A DNA stretch of 64,000 nucleotides. It comes from Candidatus Methanogranum gryphiswaldense (GTDB lineage: Archaea > Thermoplasmatota > Thermoplasmata > Methanomassiliicoccales > Methanomethylophilaceae). Every line of letters begins with the position of its first letter. Positions within the stretch are counted from its first letter, which is position 1. The stretch covers positions 119,093-183,092 of the forward strand of contig CP076745.1 of assembly GCA_019262145.1 (NCBI GenBank), given 5' to 3'. Below the pieces are notes generated by a model. It saw only the letters and a program-made list of their open reading frames with translations, was not told where the DNA came from and searched no databases. Shown in pieces: positions 1 through 9,417 of the stretch. Made by a program: the position numbers and the translations under genes.

Positions 1-92
1 GGAGATAATCGATCGTAGTAAGCCTGAAAAATACGTTAAGGCTTTGAATGCACTTTAATTTAGGTTAATATAGTAATCACGGAGGAATAGTA

Positions 93-1019
93 ATGGATAA
101 AACAGAGTTTATCTGGTTAGATGGAAATCTTGTTAAATGGGAGGATGCGCGCGTCCACGTTCTTGCTCATGCTTTGAATTATGGAACTGGGGTCTTTGAG
201 GGGATAAGGGTCTATCAGACACCAAAAGGTCCTGCCATATTTAGATTAAAGGACCATGTTAGAAGACTTATGGATGGTTGCAAGGTCATGGGTATAGATC
301 TTGAATTCGGAGGTAAGACATATGGGTTCGAAGATCTTATGGAAGTTATAAAGAACACAGTTAAGGCGAACAAGAATGTCGATTATGTTAAGCCTTGTGT
401 TTTCCTTTGCGGGGAAGAGGTTGGACTTAATCCGGTCGGTGTTCCTGCTAGTCTTGCGATCACTTGCATCCATATGGGTGCCTATTTGGGTAAGGCAGGA
501 AGCGATGGAGCGAAGGTTATAACATCCTCATGGCAAAGGCCCGACAATCTTTGTGGTCCTGCAGGAGCCAAGGTCAATGGCGCCTATGTCACATCATGTC
601 TTGCAAAAAGAGAGGCCGTTCGTCAGGGAGCCAATGAAGCAGTCATGCTGAACTCGGTTGGTCATGTTGCAGAGTGTACGGGTGAGAACATTTTCATCTA
701 CAAATATGGCAAGATCCTAACTCCCTCTTCTGCAGAATGTATATTGGAAGGAATAACCAGGAAGTCGATAATAGAGGTCGCGCGCGACATCGGCTATGAG
801 GTTCAGGAGACAGAGGTCACAAGAACCCAGCTTAACACAGCTGATGAAGTTTGGATGACCGGAACCGCAGCGGAGGTCGTTCCCGTGACAATGGTCGATG
901 GAAGGATCGTTGGAGATGGAAAGGTCGGAGATGTTGCAAAGAAGATCCATTCAAAGTTTCACGACATTGCTACAGGCAAGGCTCCCGAGTATGCCGACTG
1001 GTTAGACTACATAAATTGA
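93..1019 (+). CDS. ilvE: Branched-chain-amino-acid aminotransferase (PLP fold type IV)
   Basis: 308-aa ORF with fold-type IV blocks GTGVFEGIRVYQT, EAVMLNSVGHVAECTGENIF and ILEGITRKS. GGAGG lies just upstream of the ATG. Confidence 0.9.
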   Translation: MDKTEFIWLDGNLVKWEDARVHVLAHALNYGTGVFEGIRVYQTPKGPAIFRLKDHVRRLMDGCKVMGIDLEFGGKTYGFEDLMEVIKNTVKANKNVDYVKPCVFLCGEEVGLNPVGVPASLAITCIHMGAYLGKAGSDGAKVITSSWQRPDNLCGPAGAKVNGAYVTSCLAKREAVRQGANEAVMLNSVGHVAECTGENIFIYKYGKILTPSSAECILEGITRKSIIEVARDIGYEVQETEVTRTQLNTADEVWMTGTAAEVVPVTMVDGRIVGDGKVGDVAKKIHSKFHDIATGKAPEYADWLDYIN

Positions 1020-1058
1020 AATTTAACTAAACCACTTAATTTTTTTGATTTAATTATC

Positions 1059-1505
1059 TCATGAGATCATGTCTTTAGGATTACGTTTGAAAACATAATA
1101 TTTACTAAAGATCCAATTCAATGCTATCTCGAGTATGCTGGTGGTAATCTTTGCCATGAATCCTGCAGTTCCAAACAGACTTTGATCAAGTCCGAGATCG
1201 TACAGTATCGGGAATAGGATTATAGCTATGACACCAGTAAAGATTCTTGCTCCGCAAAATGAACAGAATTCCTTTGCCAATACTGTTTTTTCTGTACATC
1301 TGCTACAGAAAACAATCCATTTGTTAACTGCAAAAGCGAAAAAGAGTCCGCAAATCCAAGAAAGTATGTTACTGACGTTCAGTTCCATACCGAGCCATAC
1401 AAACAATGCGTAGGTCAGCCATGCTACAAGTGTGGTAAATCCCCCACATATTATGTAGAGTATGGCTTCTCTATGTTTTTCCATAAGACCGCCTGTATAG
1501 TTCAT
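1059..1505 (-). CDS. GtrA-family membrane protein
   Basis: 148-aa, 4-TM ORF with the GtrA-like pattern LYIICGGFTTLVAW ... NWIFSKYYVFKRN. The start could instead be Met-8 at 1484. Confidence 0.75.
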   Translation of the reverse strand: MNYTGGLMEKHREAILYIICGGFTTLVAWLTYALFVWLGMELNVSNILSWICGLFFAFAVNKWIVFCSRCTEKTVLAKEFCSFCGARIFTGVIAIILFPILYDLGLDQSLFGTAGFMAKITTSILEIALNWIFSKYYVFKRNPKDMIS

Positions 1506-1596
1506 TCAGTGGCACCGCCTTAGGTAGCAGATACAGTCAACCAATAAAAGACATACGTTCACATGTCAAGACGGAATATATTAATCGGATGTCGTC

Positions 1597-2199
1597 ATGA
1601 CACGAGACAGTATGGACAGAAAAATCGGCCTGGTAGTAGCTCTGGTGATTTCGGCGATAATGGTCATCTTCGGAGTGATCAATGTGTTGCCAATTATTTC
1701 CACAGTTGCATTAATAGCAGCGATATGCATGGTTTTTCTTTTGTCCTCCCGTGATGTTGTTGTGGATCCGACTATTGCATTATTGGCGGTAGCAATGATC
1801 GTAGTAGTATCGATAATCTCTTTTGCATATCCATATGTTCCAGATACAGTTAATCGGACTATATGGGGCCATGTAATGGGCATATTTTATTGGATGGCGG
1901 CATATCCGGTCTCTTTCCTTATACTCGAGGTATTGGTTGTAAAAACTGGAGCAAGGTATAATTTCCCGCTGCTTGCAGGATTACCTATATTCCTTACTTG
2001 TGCTCAGGAGGCAATAGCTTGGGTCATAGTATCTTTCCTTTGTCATTCACAAATTGATGCTGGGCAGTTCTCAGCTATCGAACTCATAACATCAATGTTC
2101 ATGAGCATTGTTTTGTCGGCCTTAGCAGCGATTGTTGTTTGGAAAGTTGTAAGGAAGAAACATTTTGTTCTGAATGATGAGACCATTGGGGTGAAATAA
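1597..2199 (+). CDS. Hypothetical polytopic membrane protein
   Basis: 200-aa ORF with about 6 hydrophobic helices and no family I recognise. Its stop overlaps the next start (TAATG at 2197-2201). Confidence 0.6.
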   Translation: MTRDSMDRKIGLVVALVISAIMVIFGVINVLPIISTVALIAAICMVFLLSSRDVVVDPTIALLAVAMIVVVSIISFAYPYVPDTVNRTIWGHVMGIFYWMAAYPVSFLILEVLVVKTGARYNFPLLAGLPIFLTCAQEAIAWVIVSFLCHSQIDAGQFSAIELITSMFMSIVLSALAAIVVWKVVRKKHFVLNDETIGVK

Positions 2200-2876
2200 T
2201 GAAAGTTTATACTGAAGAAGATGGTAAAAAAGCAAGTCTTCTGATGTTATTGATGATAATTTTATCGTTTGGATTTTTCCTCATAATGGTAAAACTTGGG
2301 TTAGCTCCAGGATTGGAGGCAGGGCATCCTCCAGAGTACCTTACGGCGACATTCATCGCAGTAGGGTTTGTCCTTTCCGCTCTTCCGATTATGTGGTATT
2401 TTGACATAGTAAGGATGCCACTTTGGTTCACGGTATTACTTACGGCTAATTTGTATTATTATGCAGTGTCGATGTTTTTTGGAATGTATCTGCGTATTGT
2501 ATGGTGGGGAGATGTGGCACATTGCATATCATCGGTATGTGTATGTGCTTTGGTGTTTTTGTCTCTCTGCATATTGCAGGCAAATTCTCCCAAGCATGTG
2601 ACCCTGGGATCAACAAAAGGTATTCTTGTTTTAGTTCTTTTGATTGGAATATGTTTCGGTGGTCTGTGGGAGGTCATGGAAGGATATGTTGATATAATAA
2701 CGGGTACAAGTTATATGGTGTACGGTATCTGGGACAGTCTAATGGACATCAGGGCAGACACAGGTGGTGCAATAATAATGGCCATTATTGGTTATGTGTT
2801 GCTCAAGAAGCATACTCCTGAGGAGATCGCTTCGACGACTAAGGTACGTTTTGCACGCAAAAAGAAATTGAACTGA
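2199..2876 (+). CDS. Hypothetical polytopic membrane protein
   Basis: 225-aa hydrophobic ORF, translationally coupled to the upstream ORF, with a basic C-terminal tail. No family recognised. Confidence 0.6.
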   Translation: MKVYTEEDGKKASLLMLLMIILSFGFFLIMVKLGLAPGLEAGHPPEYLTATFIAVGFVLSALPIMWYFDIVRMPLWFTVLLTANLYYYAVSMFFGMYLRIVWWGDVAHCISSVCVCALVFLSLCILQANSPKHVTLGSTKGILVLVLLIGICFGGLWEVMEGYVDIITGTSYMVYGIWDSLMDIRADTGGAIIMAIIGYVLLKKHTPEEIASTTKVRFARKKKLN

Positions 2877-3989
2877 TCATTTGATATTGTGTGAATTTCT
2901 TTTGTCATATTCCCCGGACAATACTTTTGAATAGACACATTCTATTTTTGGAATAAGGTCATCCCATCTGTATATTTGAGATTGTTCAGCGGCCATTTTT
3001 CCCATTATTTTGCGTTTGTTTTCATCTGAAAGTAAGGAATTAATGGCATTTGCAAGGGCTTTCGGATCCTTAGGTGGGACCGGAATCCCGCAATTCTTTA
3101 CAGTATCCGGAAGTCCATTCACGGTTGTGTACACTATTGGTTTTCCATATGAGATAAGTTCAATAGCAGCAAGTCCAAGGGATTCGAATATAGAGGGCAT
3201 TATAAAAAATTTACAAGATCTCATCAATCTTTCTTTTTCCTCATCGCTCACCCATCCTTTCATTTCAATTTTATTTTCAAGACCCAGCTTTTTGATCTGT
3301 TTGAAAAGTCTGTCTGACTCAGGTCCTTTTCCACACATGATAAGCTTACAGTTCACATCCTTCATCGCCGTGACGAGGTATTCTAAGCCTTTGGTTTTGA
3401 CCTGTCTTCCTAGGGATAGGATGAAATCACTTTCTGAGCTATCATCAAGTTCTGGATATTTGGATAATCCAGTTTGTATTGTAGTAACGTGTTCCTGTGA
3501 ATATCCGCGAGAGACAAGATCGTTTCTCACGAAATCACTAACAGCGATAATATGATCGAATGTGTCAAGACACGACTTGAATCTATTATCATTTATTTTT
3601 GAAAGGTTTGCCTGAAATCCAATTCCTTCTCCCCAGACATTATGATATGTAAATACCTTTTTTCCGTCATATTTTTTCAAGTCATTCGTGTAGCTGGGGG
3701 CCCATCTGTAATTAAAGTTTACAATGTCTGGATCTATCGTATTTATGGCTTCTAAGATTCCTTTTGATGTAACAAAAGGTGGATTGTATATGTTGACATA
3801 TCTTGATTTTAGACGAACTATCCTGTAACCGTCTGCGGTCTTCTCTTCATCTGGTGTATTTGGAAGTTTGCTTGTTAGAATTGTGACATCATGACCGTTT
3901 TTTGCAAGTAATCTGCTTGTATCATGCATTCTATGTTCAATTCCTCCTTCGAATGGGTAGAAAAAGGGGTTGATGTCAATTATCTTCAT
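2877..3989 (-). CDS. Glycosyltransferase, GT-B fold (GT4-like)
   Basis: 370 aa. The N-terminus FFYPFEGGIEHRMHDTSRLLAKNGHDVTILT and the C-terminal PSIFESLGLAAIELISYGKPIV are typical of GT4 enzymes. Confidence 0.85.
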   Translation of the reverse strand: MKIIDINPFFYPFEGGIEHRMHDTSRLLAKNGHDVTILTSKLPNTPDEEKTADGYRIVRLKSRYVNIYNPPFVTSKGILEAINTIDPDIVNFNYRWAPSYTNDLKKYDGKKVFTYHNVWGEGIGFQANLSKINDNRFKSCLDTFDHIIAVSDFVRNDLVSRGYSQEHVTTIQTGLSKYPELDDSSESDFILSLGRQVKTKGLEYLVTAMKDVNCKLIMCGKGPESDRLFKQIKKLGLENKIEMKGWVSDEEKERLMRSCKFFIMPSIFESLGLAAIELISYGKPIVYTTVNGLPDTVKNCGIPVPPKDPKALANAINSLLSDENKRKIMGKMAAEQSQIYRWDDLIPKIECVYSKVLSGEYDKRNSHNIK

Positions 3990-4570
3990 GTATCTAAGCC
4001 TTCTTTTTTCTTATAAATCATTGAAATGATGAAACTAACGGCTATGACCATAAATATGAAGACCAAAGTAATGGTGGATGCCATTTCACTACTGAAATAT
4101 TTGTAGAATATATTGCTCATCAACATTATCAGTCCGTATTTGACCACGCATCCTATTATGATGTATGCCAATGATTTTTTTAGATTCCATTTCATTATTG
4201 CAATAAATGCTCCAGCAAACGGTATCATTGGGGCTACACGGTTCAGAAGTAGAAGTCTTTCATCTCCAAGTACAAGAAATCCAGTATATTTGGTCGCAAT
4301 CTTTTCTATTTTTGCTGGTATCCTTATATTGCTGACAATTATGTAAAGCACCATTATGCCAATTACTTCAGCCAGAACAGCAACGCCCAAAAGTTCTAAA
4401 CCATAGGTCAGAGTAGGCCTGTACATACAGCCCATGGCAAAGAATAGTTCCGGCAATGTGGGGAATACTAGTGCGTCAAATAAGAATATTAGGAATATAC
4501 AAAGGAGCATTCCCCATTCGTTATTCCCGAACAAATCATAGAGCCATTCGCCGATATTGATCATTTTCAT
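3986..4570 (-). CDS. Membrane protein, DedA/VTT-like (tentative)
   Basis: 194-aa polytopic ORF with FLFDALVFPTLPELFFAMG and LLLNRVAPMIPFAG, resembling VTT/DedA motifs. Shares an ATGA overlap with the downstream GT4 gene (its stop, the GT4 start). Confidence 0.55.
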   Translation of the reverse strand: MKMINIGEWLYDLFGNNEWGMLLCIFLIFLFDALVFPTLPELFFAMGCMYRPTLTYGLELLGVAVLAEVIGIMVLYIIVSNIRIPAKIEKIATKYTGFLVLGDERLLLLNRVAPMIPFAGAFIAIMKWNLKKSLAYIIIGCVVKYGLIMLMSNIFYKYFSSEMASTITLVFIFMVIAVSFIISMIYKKKEGLDT

Positions 4571-4682
4571 TCCTTTGAGATCGACTATAGGTAGGTGAGA
4601 GAAGAAGAGCTGTTATAAAGGTTGTCAAAGACTCTTTCCTTACAAGATAAATAATAGAATACCATTCTTAAATACGATCAAG

Positions 4683-6050
4683 TTGAACATGAACCTTCAG
4701 TCGATATCATCTTTTTTCAGGAGGCCTCTTGTTCTTATTGTATTTGTGGGGTTGATAGTAAGATTTGTATTGATGCCTTTGGTGACGTATGATTTTGACA
4801 TATACCATTGGGCACTTATTATTGAGAATATAAACAGTGGAAACAACCTCTATGACTTAGATGGTTATTATTACACTCCCGTTTGGGGATATATACTCGG
4901 AGCGCTGTCAGCTTTGGCCAATGGTATCCTAAGTATCGATATCATGGGAATAACTTTCACCGATATGCTTCCGATCGAAGATCTCACATATCGTTTTCAT
5001 ATAGCTACCATAACCAGCATTCAGTTCAACCTATTCATGAAAGTCCCATTGGTAATATGTGATATTATCGTAGGATATATCATATACAAACTTGTTCTCG
5101 AACGTACTGGGGATAAAAAGAAGGCAACGTATGGATTTGCACTTTGGTTCCTTTGTCCAATAATAATATACATGTCAGCAGTACAGGCAATGTTTGATAC
5201 CCTCTCTGCTCTCTTTTTGTTATTGACAGTGTTCATGGTTTACAAAGATAAATGTTTTTTAGCGGGTATGCTTTTTTCAGCTGCGATCCTTCTTAAATTC
5301 TTCCCTGCATTCTGTATCTTGGTTTTTATCGGATATATACTTGTTAAACACAAAGAAGACGGTCTTGCAAAAAGGAAATTGTTCGAGGCCATCCTTGGAG
5401 CAGCTATCATGCTTGTCGTATTGATAGTGCCACAGATAATAAACGGCCAGGTGGATGATGCATTATCATTCGTTATCGGAAGAGCGTCCAATTCGACGAT
5501 ATCTTCGATGTTATTCACTTTATTCGGTACTACGATCGCAATCTTGGGGATGTTCTATTTCGGATACAGGATGTTCAAAACAAGGACCGAGGATGCGGAC
5601 AAGGCGCTTTTCCAGAACATATTCATGTCAATATCTTGTGCAATGTTAATATCGATAACACCTCAGTATGTGATCGTCATGATCCCATTCCTTATACTCT
5701 ACATACTGACCACCGATATACACTATCGTAAGTGTTGGATATTGATCAGCGTGGGTGCAGTCGTTGGAGCGTTCATATTGAACAATTATTCTCTTCTCTG
5801 TTCACTTTCCGAATATACTTCCATCGTGGCACCTGATTGGATAATATCCTCGATGCGTGCATTGGAGGGAACTTTATTCGGTGTTACGTATATGAATATC
5901 ATGAACTCAATTGCGAATATGACACAATATATCGGAATATTGCTAATACTCGTATTCTATTTCTCTGATAAAATTTATGAAAAATACCCTAGAATCGGGT
6001 CTATTATCCTCAGATTCAAGAATATGGGAGTGAAGAAAAGTGAGATTTGA
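4683..6050 (+). CDS. Polytopic GT-C-like membrane glycosyltransferase (DUF2029/PMT_2-like, putative), paralog 1
   Basis: 455 aa with more than 10 TM helices. The first loop carries an acidic motif, VTYDFDIYHWALIIENINSGNNLYDLDGYYYTPVWGY. Clear paralog of 7095-8492. The ORF begins TTG, with an ATG at 4689. Confidence 0.7.
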   Translation: MNMNLQSISSFFRRPLVLIVFVGLIVRFVLMPLVTYDFDIYHWALIIENINSGNNLYDLDGYYYTPVWGYILGALSALANGILSIDIMGITFTDMLPIEDLTYRFHIATITSIQFNLFMKVPLVICDIIVGYIIYKLVLERTGDKKKATYGFALWFLCPIIIYMSAVQAMFDTLSALFLLLTVFMVYKDKCFLAGMLFSAAILLKFFPAFCILVFIGYILVKHKEDGLAKRKLFEAILGAAIMLVVLIVPQIINGQVDDALSFVIGRASNSTISSMLFTLFGTTIAILGMFYFGYRMFKTRTEDADKALFQNIFMSISCAMLISITPQYVIVMIPFLILYILTTDIHYRKCWILISVGAVVGAFILNNYSLLCSLSEYTSIVAPDWIISSMRALEGTLFGVTYMNIMNSIANMTQYIGILLILVFYFSDKIYEKYPRIGSIILRFKNMGVKKSEI

Positions 6051-7086
6051 CAGAGTCATGGAGGTCATTGCGGTCATCGTATTGGCGATGATCCTTATCG
6101 GCGAAGTAGTGGTATACACTACAGGTCAGGATAAATATTCGTCAGGTGCTGAATTAGAGAGTAATTCAATATCTTATTCTGTATCTGCTGATGGTTCTGA
6201 AACATATTCCATTCTCATTATGGATAATGGTTCAATGGATGCAATGACTGAGATATACATCTATTATGACGAGAGCTACAAGTCGAACTATGAAGAGGTC
6301 GAAGTGGCAATAGGTGCGAAGGCTTTGGACCAAGAATATTACATAGAACAATTGATCAAGCAGCTCGAGTATAGAGGTGCAGTCAAGATCACCGTTCTGA
6401 ACGCAGAAGAGCTCGAAGCAGCGCTGAAGGCGGACATAGCTGTTGGCGATTATACAAAAGGACTGGTAGTAATATCAGGTGCTTTGCCTGACACAGTATA
6501 CACAGGGAACGAGAGTGACACGATCTTCGAATGGATGGAGAACGGCGGTAGGTTGTATTGGCTTGGAAACCTTATCGGTTCTTGTTATGCGACCGAAGAT
6601 GCACTTTATGATGTGGATGATTATCAGAATCTCTTCTTTGGTACCGAGTGTCTCAATACAGATGGAACGGACAATGCATTTTCTGACGTCTCTGATAATG
6701 ATCTCAGGTATGCACTTTCTTTGAGTAACAATTCTGTGAAATACGGTATCGATGTAGATGCACTCATAAGTGTAAAGGGTGCTGAAAATGTCCTTGCTAT
6801 TGGATATTCTGAGGATGGTTATGCAAGTATTGTAATGACCAGTTTTGGTAGCGGGATGATATGTGTTATCGGGGGAGATTATTCCAACGATCAACGCGGT
6901 GATCTGGCACAAATTCTTTCTTCGCAGGTGTGTTATAGTACGGATCTGATCGAGAACATAACAGGGTCTGTAACAAGGGAAACAGTATCAGGAAGTTATG
7001 AGCTTGAGGGAACGGCCGACAATATTGCAGTTTACATCTATTTGGGTGGTTATTTCCCTGTTTATGGTGATTTCTTTTCATTTTGA
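6040..7086 (+). CDS. Membrane-anchored acidic extracytoplasmic protein, unknown function
   Basis: 348 aa with a single N-terminal TM (VIAVIVLAMILIGEVVVY) followed by an Asp/Glu/Tyr-rich soluble domain. GTG start overlaps the upstream stop; an alternative ATG lies at 6058. Confidence 0.65.
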   Translation: MRFDRVMEVIAVIVLAMILIGEVVVYTTGQDKYSSGAELESNSISYSVSADGSETYSILIMDNGSMDAMTEIYIYYDESYKSNYEEVEVAIGAKALDQEYYIEQLIKQLEYRGAVKITVLNAEELEAALKADIAVGDYTKGLVVISGALPDTVYTGNESDTIFEWMENGGRLYWLGNLIGSCYATEDALYDVDDYQNLFFGTECLNTDGTDNAFSDVSDNDLRYALSLSNNSVKYGIDVDALISVKGAENVLAIGYSEDGYASIVMTSFGSGMICVIGGDYSNDQRGDLAQILSSQVCYSTDLIENITGSVTRETVSGSYELEGTADNIAVYIYLGGYFPVYGDFFSF

Positions 7087-7094
7087 GGTAACAA

Positions 7095-8492
7095 ATGACC
7101 GAGAACGTCGTTATAGTTGATGGATCAAAGGAAAGATCGCCAATTGTAAGGGGATTTCTTAAACACCCTTTGTTCTGGGCAACGATAATCGGCATGTCTG
7201 TAAGGATCATCTTGGGAGTTTTATTAACATATAATTTTGACGTCACTCATTGGGCGCAGGTAATCGAGAATATAAGATCTGGAAACGGACTCTATGAGTT
7301 AGACGGTTACTATTACACTCCGCCCTGGGGATATATGCTCGCATTCATATCCTCTGTCGGGGATTTCATCGGTATCGGTGATTTTGGAGCAAGGATACTT
7401 GATGCTCTTTCTGTTGAGCAGTACACAGATTGGCATATAACAGCGACACTTACGACCATTTCTTTCAACATGCTCGTAAAGATTCCACTTTTTCTATGTG
7501 ATATTGCGGTTGCGTATGTAATTCGCTGGATAGTACTCCAGAGAACTAATGACAAGAAAAAGGCGAATTATGCGTACATATTGTGGTTCCTTTGCCCTCT
7601 TGTGATCGTGATCAGTTCTGTTAACGGTATGTTCGATACTTTTTCTGTTCTAATGGTTTTGCTATGTGTTGTTTTTTTGATGAAAGATAAATGTTTCATG
7701 GCAGGAACGATGTTCGGTTTGGCAGCTCTGACTAAATTTTTTCCTATATTTTTCGTATTTATCCTCGTTGCTTATATCATGGTTCGGCACAAGGAAGACG
7801 GTACCGCGCTTCGTAAATTGGGCATGGCGATATCTGGTGCTCTTTTGATTTCTTTCATAATATTGTTACCGAATATCATCGAGGGTACTGTAGCAGATGC
7901 ATTTTCATTCCTTATCAACAGGGCAGATTCAGGATTGGGTGCAGGATTGGGTGCCATAGAGACGTATGGAACCATGCTGGTCTATGTTGTTTTCATCATC
8001 ATATCGATTCTCATATCCATTCGTCTTTATAGAGGAAGAAAGAAAGATGAGTCTTTGGATCACAGATTCATGTTCCTTTTGTTCTTGAATACAGCTGTTC
8101 TTTTCCTTTATCCTTCTACTCCTCAGTATGTCTTGTTGCTTCTTCCATTTTTGATATATGCAGCAATCACAGTAGATCGTAGATTCAGGTGGCCTTTCAT
8201 CCTTCTTTCAATAGGATCGACCATCTTCGCCCTTTCATGCAATTTCATGCTTCTTCTGTCGGCCGGAGCATTCACGGATATTACGACAGTTGACGCGCTC
8301 ATTCCATTGATAGATATGTTCCAGCAACCTATACTATTTGGAATGAACGGTATGGACATATTGTATTACTTTGGAGGAATTGTTCAGTATTTAGCTACGG
8401 TTTACATATTCTATTTATTGTACAAGATCAGAAAAGAAAAACAATCTGATGGACAATCGAAATCACATATCAATCGTATTTTAGAGCCGTGA
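7095..8492 (+). CDS. Polytopic GT-C-like membrane glycosyltransferase (putative), paralog 2
   Basis: 465 aa. LTYNFDVTHWAQVIENIRSGNGLYELDGYYYTPPWGY and many further blocks are collinear with 4683-6050. GAGGT RBS lies before the ATG. Confidence 0.7.
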   Translation: MTENVVIVDGSKERSPIVRGFLKHPLFWATIIGMSVRIILGVLLTYNFDVTHWAQVIENIRSGNGLYELDGYYYTPPWGYMLAFISSVGDFIGIGDFGARILDALSVEQYTDWHITATLTTISFNMLVKIPLFLCDIAVAYVIRWIVLQRTNDKKKANYAYILWFLCPLVIVISSVNGMFDTFSVLMVLLCVVFLMKDKCFMAGTMFGLAALTKFFPIFFVFILVAYIMVRHKEDGTALRKLGMAISGALLISFIILLPNIIEGTVADAFSFLINRADSGLGAGLGAIETYGTMLVYVVFIIISILISIRLYRGRKKDESLDHRFMFLLFLNTAVLFLYPSTPQYVLLLLPFLIYAAITVDRRFRWPFILLSIGSTIFALSCNFMLLLSAGAFTDITTVDALIPLIDMFQQPILFGMNGMDILYYFGGIVQYLATVYIFYLLYKIRKEKQSDGQSKSHINRILEP

Positions 8493-8552
8493 ATCCTCCA
8501 GACCTCAAATAATATATACTAACAGGAATTAGCTTGAATGCTCTTTAAGAGC

Positions 8553-8590
8553 CGATGAATGATGACGGTGCTAGCACCGGAAAGAGGTAA
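8553..8590 (+). promoter_or_regulatory. Candidate K-turn-like element in the rpl7ae 5' leader
   Basis: UGAUGA (8560-8565) is followed by the hairpin CGGUGC-UA-GCACCG (8566-8579), then GA (8580-8581) running into the AAGAGG Shine-Dalgarno. The GA...GA pair flanking the stem could form tandem sheared G.A pairs. Confidence 0.3.
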
Positions 8591-8595
8591 TTAAA

Positions 8596-8961
8596 ATGTC
8601 CGTATTTGTTAAATTTGAGACACCCAAGGCACTTTCCGATAAAGCCTACTCTCTCGCAGAGATTGCAAGAGATGGCGGAAAGATCAAGAAAGGAACTAAT
8701 GAAGTTACAAAAGCAGTAGAGCGCGGAGCCGCTGCGATTGTTATCATGGCTGTCGATGTAGATCCTCAGGAGATACTTGCACACATGCCTGCTCTTTGTG
8801 AAGAGAGGAACATTCCTTACGTCTATGTTCCCAGCAAAGCAGAGCTTGGAAATGCAATCGGACTTGAGAAGCCGACCGCTTCTATCGCGATTGTTGATGT
8901 TGGAAAAGGCAAACCCCTCTGTGATGAGATCGCCCAGGCAGTCAAAGCCCTTAAGAAATGA
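8596..8961 (+). CDS. rpl7ae: Ribosomal protein L7Ae (eL8)
   Basis: 121 aa with [14 protein letters not shown] and [14 protein letters not shown] signatures. Heads the conserved L7Ae-S28e-L24e cluster. Confidence 0.95.
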   Translation: MSVFVKFETPKALSDKAYSLAEIARDGGKIKKGTNEVTKAVERGAAAIVIMAVDVDPQEILAHMPALCEERNIPYVYVPSKAELGNAIGLEKPTASIAIVDVGKGKPLCDEIAQAVKALKK

Positions 8962-8972
8962 AGGTGAACTGA

Positions 8973-9188
8973 ATGGTTGACACTGACAGCATTCCCTCTG
9001 AGGTGGTCGAGATTATCGGCCGCACAGGGATGACCGGTGAGGCTACCCAGGTCAAAGTCCGTGTTCTTGACGGCCGCGACAAGGGAAGGATCATCACAAG
9101 AAATATAATGGGTCCAGTTAGAATGGGTGACATACTCATGCTCAGAGAGACTTCCAGAGAAGCAAGGAAGCTTGGAATGGGAAGGTGA
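8973..9188 (+). CDS. rps28e: Ribosomal protein S28e
   Basis: 71 aa containing [17 protein letters not shown]...[22 protein letters not shown]. Confidence 0.95.
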   Translation: MVDTDSIPSEVVEIIGRTGMTGEATQVKVRVLDGRDKGRIITRNIMGPVRMGDILMLRETSREARKLGMGR

Positions 9189-9193
9189 TTTGG

Positions 9194-9412
9194 ATGGTAG
9201 AGGAGAAGAAATGCTCGTTCTGCGGTCAGATCATTGAGCCTGGAACAGGCAAAATGTACGTTAAGAAGGATGGAACAGTCTATAACTTTGATAACAACAA
9301 ATGTTTCAAAAACATGATTGTTCTGAAGAGAGTCGCAAGGAAAACAACCTGGACCGAGAAAGCGGCAATCGAAAAGGAAGCTCACAAGAAGGCAATGGAA
9401 AAGAAGGAGTGA
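9194..9412 (+). CDS. rpl24e: Ribosomal protein L24e
   Basis: Contains [35 protein letters not shown] prefer the ATG at 9194, which has GGTGAT upstream, over the GTG at 9185. Confidence 0.9.
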   Translation: MVEEKKCSFCGQIIEPGTGKMYVKKDGTVYNFDNNKCFKNMIVLKRVARKTTWTEKAAIEKEAHKKAMEKKE

Positions 9413-9417
9413 TCCCC

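Noticed and set aside
2-58. Open frame EIIDRSKPEKYVKALNAL-stop at the 5' window edge, possibly the C-terminus of an upstream plus-strand gene.
   Set aside because: Only 18 codons are visible. No motif or start can be seen, so it cannot be supported as a feature.
9301-9417. N-terminal extensions of ORF-track entries. The affected starts are 9301, 9858, 13316, 20120, 29676, 32334, 34981, 37040, 49442, 61714, 62247 and 62935.
   Set aside because: Each extension overlaps the preceding gene or promoter and adds residues that do not look like the family. An internal ATG or TTG with an RBS or TATA at proper distance gives the canonical N-terminus.
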